Positions 28,562-32,000 of a DNA stretch of 32,000 nt are shown piece by piece. This stretch comes from Mycolicibacterium smegmatis (GTDB lineage Bacteria; Actinomycetota; Actinomycetes; Mycobacteriales; Mycobacteriaceae). The first letter of the stretch is position 1, and the number at the start of each line of letters is the position of its first letter. Where the stretch lies: assembly GCF_001457595.1 (NCBI RefSeq), contig NZ_LN831039.1, positions 5,460,001-5,492,000 on the forward strand, read 5' to 3'. Position numbers and translations under genes: made by a program. The notes beneath the pieces are model-generated. The model ran no database searches. It was not told the origin of the DNA and worked only from the letters and a program-made list of their open reading frames with translations.

Positions 28562-29350
28562 CTAGTTCCCCCGCGCGGGGCTGGCTATGAAACGGTTGAT
28601 CCTTGCCTTCACCATGTCCGGCAAAACCGTGTTGATCAAGGCGAACGCCTTGCTGCTTACCGACGAGGCGACCACGCGGCGGCGGCCGTTCATCATGGCG
28701 TCGTAGCCCTGCTTGGCGACCTGCGCGGGATCGTCCTTGGGGATCCACCGCGCGAGCACCGTGTTCTCCATGCGGTTGCGCGCGAACAGGTTTGTATCGG
28801 TGGGCCCGGGCATGAGCGCAGTGACGGTGACGTCGGTGTCGCGCAGCTCGTCCTGCAGCGCCTCGGCGAGCGACTGGATGAACGACTTCGACGCGTTGTA
28901 GATCGACTGCAGCGAGCCGGGCATGGCGGCCACGATCGACGATGTGAACAGCACCTTGCCCGAGCCTTTGGCCGTCATGTCGCGCAGCACGCGCTTTGCC
29001 AGGTGCACGGTCGATCGGACATTCAGGTCGATGATCGACAGATCGGCGTCCAGGTCGCCCTCGACGAACGACCCGGCTCGCACCGAGCCGGCGTTGAGCA
29101 CCACGACGTCGGGCACCCGGCCGGACGACGAGCGGTACAGTCGCTCGACATCGGCGGGTTTGCGGAGGTCGACCTGCACGGCCTGGACGGTGGCGCACTC
29201 GGTGCCGAGCTTGTCGGCCGCGGGGTAGATGGCCTCGTCGTCGGCCGCCACGATCAGGTCGTATCCGTCGTCGGCAAGCAGCATCGCCAGCTCGAAACCG
29301 ATGCCGCTCGAGGCACCGGTCACCATGGCCAGCGGGCGTGTTTCAGACAT
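28562..29350 (-). CDS. SDR family NAD(P)-dependent oxidoreductase
   Basis: LAMVTGASSGIGFELAMLLADDGYDLIVAA, LNAGSV, YNASKSFIQSLAEAL. Confidence 0.88.
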   Translation of the reverse strand: MSETRPLAMVTGASSGIGFELAMLLADDGYDLIVAADDEAIYPAADKLGTECATVQAVQVDLRKPADVERLYRSSSGRVPDVVVLNAGSVRAGSFVEGDLDADLSIIDLNVRSTVHLAKRVLRDMTAKGSGKVLFTSSIVAAMPGSLQSIYNASKSFIQSLAEALQDELRDTDVTVTALMPGPTDTNLFARNRMENTVLARWIPKDDPAQVAKQGYDAMMNGRRRVVASSVSSKAFALINTVLPDMVKARINRFIASPARGN

Positions 29351-29481
29351 GGGTGGTGGCTACCCGGACCCACAGGAGTCAAACGTCGCGACGCAGCCGC
29401 CTGCGCGGCGGAAGGTCACCGTTGGATGTTTTTTGCAGGGTTGCATCCACGTTGCACGTGACGCAGATTACGGTTTGCGGT

Positions 29482-31353
29482 ATGTCCGGTTACCGTGCCT
29501 TGTTCGAGTCCAGCATCACCGACCCGGCCACGTTCTGGGCCGACGCCGCCAAGGCGGTGACGTGGACCCGCGACCCGCAGCGCATCCTCGACGACAGCAA
29601 CCCGCCGTTCTACCGCTGGTTCCCCGACGCCGAATTGAACACGTGCGCCAACGCGCTCGACCGCCACGTCGCAGAACGCGGTGACCAGGCAGCTCTGATC
29701 TACGACTCGCCGGTCACGGGCACCAAGCGCACCTACACCTACCGCGAGCTGCGCGACGCCACAGCAAAGGTCGCCGGAGCGCTGCGCGGCCTCGGCGTCG
29801 AGAAGGGCGACCGCGTCGTCATCTACATGCCGATGGTGCCCGAGGCTGTCATGGCCATGCTGGCGTGCGCACGTCTGGGCGCCACGCACTCGGTCGTGTT
29901 CGGCGGGTTCGCCGCGCACGAACTGGCGGCGCGCATCGACGACGCCAAGCCCAAGGTCGTCGTCGCCGCCTCGTGCGGTATCGAACCGACGCGCATCGTC
30001 GAGTACAAGCCGATGCTGGACTCGGCGCTCCAGATCGCCGAGCACACCCCGCAGGCGTGCGTCATCCTGCAGCGCGATCAGAAACCCTGCGACCTGATCG
30101 AGGGGCGCGACGTCGACTGGCACGAACTGGTGGCCACGGCCGAACCGGCCGATCCGGTCCCGGTGGCCGCCACCGACCCGCTGTACGTGCTGTACACGTC
30201 CGGCACCACCGGCAAGCCCAAGGGCATCGTCCGCGACAACGGCGGACACGCGGTGGCGCTGCTGTGGTCGATGCGCAACATCTACGGCATCGAACCCGGC
30301 GACGTGTTCTGGACGGCGTCCGACGTGGGCTGGGTGGTCGGGCACTCCTACATCGTGTATGCGCCGCTGATGCTGGGCGCGACAACCGTTCTGTACGAAG
30401 GCAAACCGGTCGGCACACCCGACGCGGGCGCCTTCTGGCGCGTCATCTCCGAACACAAGGTGAAGGCGTTGTTCACCGCGCCGACCGCAGTGCGCGCGAT
30501 CAAGAAGGAAGACCCCGAAGGCGCGCGCATGCGCGACTACGACCTGTCGAGCCTGAAGTATCTGTTCCAGGCCGGCGAGCGCCTCGATCCGGACACCTAC
30601 CACTGGGCCGCCTGGAGACTCGGCAAGCCCGTCATCGACCACTGGTGGCAGACCGAGACAGGCTGGGCGATCGCGGCCAACCCGGCCGGCCTCGAACTCA
30701 TGCCGGTCAAGCCCGGTTCGGCGACCGTGCCGATGCCCGGTTACGACGTGCAGATTCTGCGGGCCGACGGCTCCGTCGCCGATCCGAACGAAGAAGGCGC
30801 GATCTGCATCAAGCTGCCGCTGCCGCCGGGCACGCTGCCCACCGTGTGGGGCGACGACCAGCGCTACATCTCCTCGTACCTGTCGGCGTTCGAGGGCTAT
30901 TACCTCACCGGTGACGGCGGCTACATCGACGAAGACGGCTACCTGTTCGTCATGGGCCGCACCGACGACGTCATCAACGTGGCCGGCCACCGCCTGTCGA
31001 CAGGGTCGATCGAGGCCGTGCTCGCCGAGCATCCCGCGGTCGCCGAGTGTGCCGTGATCGGTGTGGCCGACGAACTCAAGGGGCAGGTGCCGCGAGGGTT
31101 CGTGGTGCTCAAATCCGGTGCGTCCGCCGACAAGCTGGGTGACGAGCTGATCCAGAAGGTACGCGAGAGCATCGGCGCCGTTGCCGTTTTCAAGTCCGTC
31201 GACGTGGTGTCGGCGCTGCCGAAGACCCGCTCGGGCAAGATCCTGCGCAAGACCATGCGCGGTATCGCCGACGGCAAGGACGAGCCCGTGCCCTCGACGA
31301 TCGAGGACCCCTCGGTGCTCGACGACCTCAAGTCGGTGTTGCGCCGGGGCTGA
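29482..31353 (+). CDS. prpE: propionyl-CoA/acetyl-CoA synthetase (AMP-forming, PrpE-like)
   Basis: YVLYTSGTTGKPKGIVRDNGGHAVAL, TASDVGWVVGHSYIVYAPL, DHWWQTETGW, YLTGDGGY and LPKTRSGKILRKTMR. ATG at 29482. Confidence 0.88.
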   Translation: MSGYRALFESSITDPATFWADAAKAVTWTRDPQRILDDSNPPFYRWFPDAELNTCANALDRHVAERGDQAALIYDSPVTGTKRTYTYRELRDATAKVAGALRGLGVEKGDRVVIYMPMVPEAVMAMLACARLGATHSVVFGGFAAHELAARIDDAKPKVVVAASCGIEPTRIVEYKPMLDSALQIAEHTPQACVILQRDQKPCDLIEGRDVDWHELVATAEPADPVPVAATDPLYVLYTSGTTGKPKGIVRDNGGHAVALLWSMRNIYGIEPGDVFWTASDVGWVVGHSYIVYAPLMLGATTVLYEGKPVGTPDAGAFWRVISEHKVKALFTAPTAVRAIKKEDPEGARMRDYDLSSLKYLFQAGERLDPDTYHWAAWRLGKPVIDHWWQTETGWAIAANPAGLELMPVKPGSATVPMPGYDVQILRADGSVADPNEEGAICIKLPLPPGTLPTVWGDDQRYISSYLSAFEGYYLTGDGGYIDEDGYLFVMGRTDDVINVAGHRLSTGSIEAVLAEHPAVAECAVIGVADELKGQVPRGFVVLKSGASADKLGDELIQKVRESIGAVAVFKSVDVVSALPKTRSGKILRKTMRGIADGKDEPVPSTIEDPSVLDDLKSVLRRG

Positions 31354-32000
31354 TCCAGGCGCGGTTGCTCAGCAGGCGAAGGCCGTTGAGCGCCACCAAG
31401 ATCGTCGACCCTTCATGTCCGGCCACACCGAGCGGTAACGGCAAGTGGCCGAACAGGTCCCACAGGACCAGCGTGGTGATCGCGGCGCCGGCCATCACGA
31501 GGTTCGCGATGACGACGCGTCGGGCCCGCCGCGCCAGTGCGATCACCGCGGGGACGGTGGCGAGTTCGTCGCGGATGGTGACGACGTCGGCGGTCTGGAC
31601 CGTCAGGTCCGCACCCGCCCTGCCCATCGCGATCGAGGTGTGCGCGGCGGCCATCGCGGGTGCGTCGTTGACGCCGTCGCCCACCACGAGCACGTGCGTG
31701 TTGTCGCGCTGAAGTTTCTGCACCGCAGCAGCTTTGCCGTCGGGGAGGAGTTCGGCGTGCACGTCGGCGATGCCGGCCTCCTCCGCCAGTCGTCCGGCGG
31801 CGCGACGGTTGTCACCGGTCAGCAGCATGGGTGGGTGTTTGGTCAACTGCGCCAACTGCATCACGGCGGCAGGAGCGTCGGGCCGCAGCCGGTCGGCCAG
31901 GCCGATGACACCGACGGGTAGCCCGTCCTCGAGGACGACGACGGCGGTGCCACCGTCGTTCTCGATCGCGGCGCAGTGCTCGCGCACGGCCCCGTCCTTC
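31328..32000 (-). CDS. P1B-type heavy-metal/cation-translocating ATPase (CtpD-like), C-terminal part, truncated by window edge
   Basis: MLLTGDNRRAAGRLAEEAGIADVHAELLPDGKAAAVQKLQ...VLVVGDGVNDAPAMAAAHTSIAMGRAGADLTVQTADVV; open to the right edge. Confidence 0.88.
   Translation of the reverse strand, partial: KDGAVREHCAAIENDGGTAVVVLEDGLPVGVIGLADRLRPDAPAAVMQLAQLTKHPPMLLTGDNRRAAGRLAEEAGIADVHAELLPDGKAAAVQKLQRDNTHVLVVGDGVNDAPAMAAAHTSIAMGRAGADLTVQTADVVTIRDELATVPAVIALARRARRVVIANLVMAGAAITTLVLWDLFGHLPLPLGVAGHEGSTILVALNGLRLLSNRAWISPGATPT

Noticed and set aside
28545-29198. N-terminal extension of the 377-aa minus ORF upstream of the SRPBCC protein
   Set aside because: Overlaps the SDR gene out of frame; a natural start exists at 28544.

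Overview
High-GC actinobacterial (mycobacterial-type) chromosomal window. On the minus strand from the left edge: a partial orphan KdpD-like sensor, a nitrilase, a glutamine-synthetase-family enzyme, a FadR/GntR regulator, a deazaflavin-dependent nitroreductase-family protein and a 74-nt tRNA with anticodon UAA. Next is a secreted PGRS-like glycine-rich gene broken by two -1 frame changes, followed by an SDR. An apparent reactive-sulfur module follows: CstB-like persulfide dioxygenase-rhodanese, rhodanese-DUF2892, TauE/SafE, a CsoR/CstR-type repressor lacking the Cu-ligand His, and DUF302. It carries four candidate TACCC-N4-GGGTA operators. A TetR / OsmC (frameshifted) / Old-Yellow-Enzyme unit follows, with two matching 20-bp palindromes, and then a decayed decarboxylase-like gene. 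The rest is a complete kdpFABCDE operon with an extra 27-aa membrane micro-ORF upstream of kdpF, a convergent hairpin terminator, a tightly overlapping SDR-SRPBCC-FAD oxidoreductase-RecQ unit, a propionyl/acetyl-CoA synthetase, and a partial P-type metal ATPase. The strongest candidates for a closer look are the cst-like sulfur regulon, the TetR-OYE-OsmC regulon with its 7-bp tandem duplication in osmC, the broken PGRS-like gene and its RBS-sequestering hairpin, and the class I tRNA with a UAA anticodon. All homology calls come from reading motifs; no database search was run.
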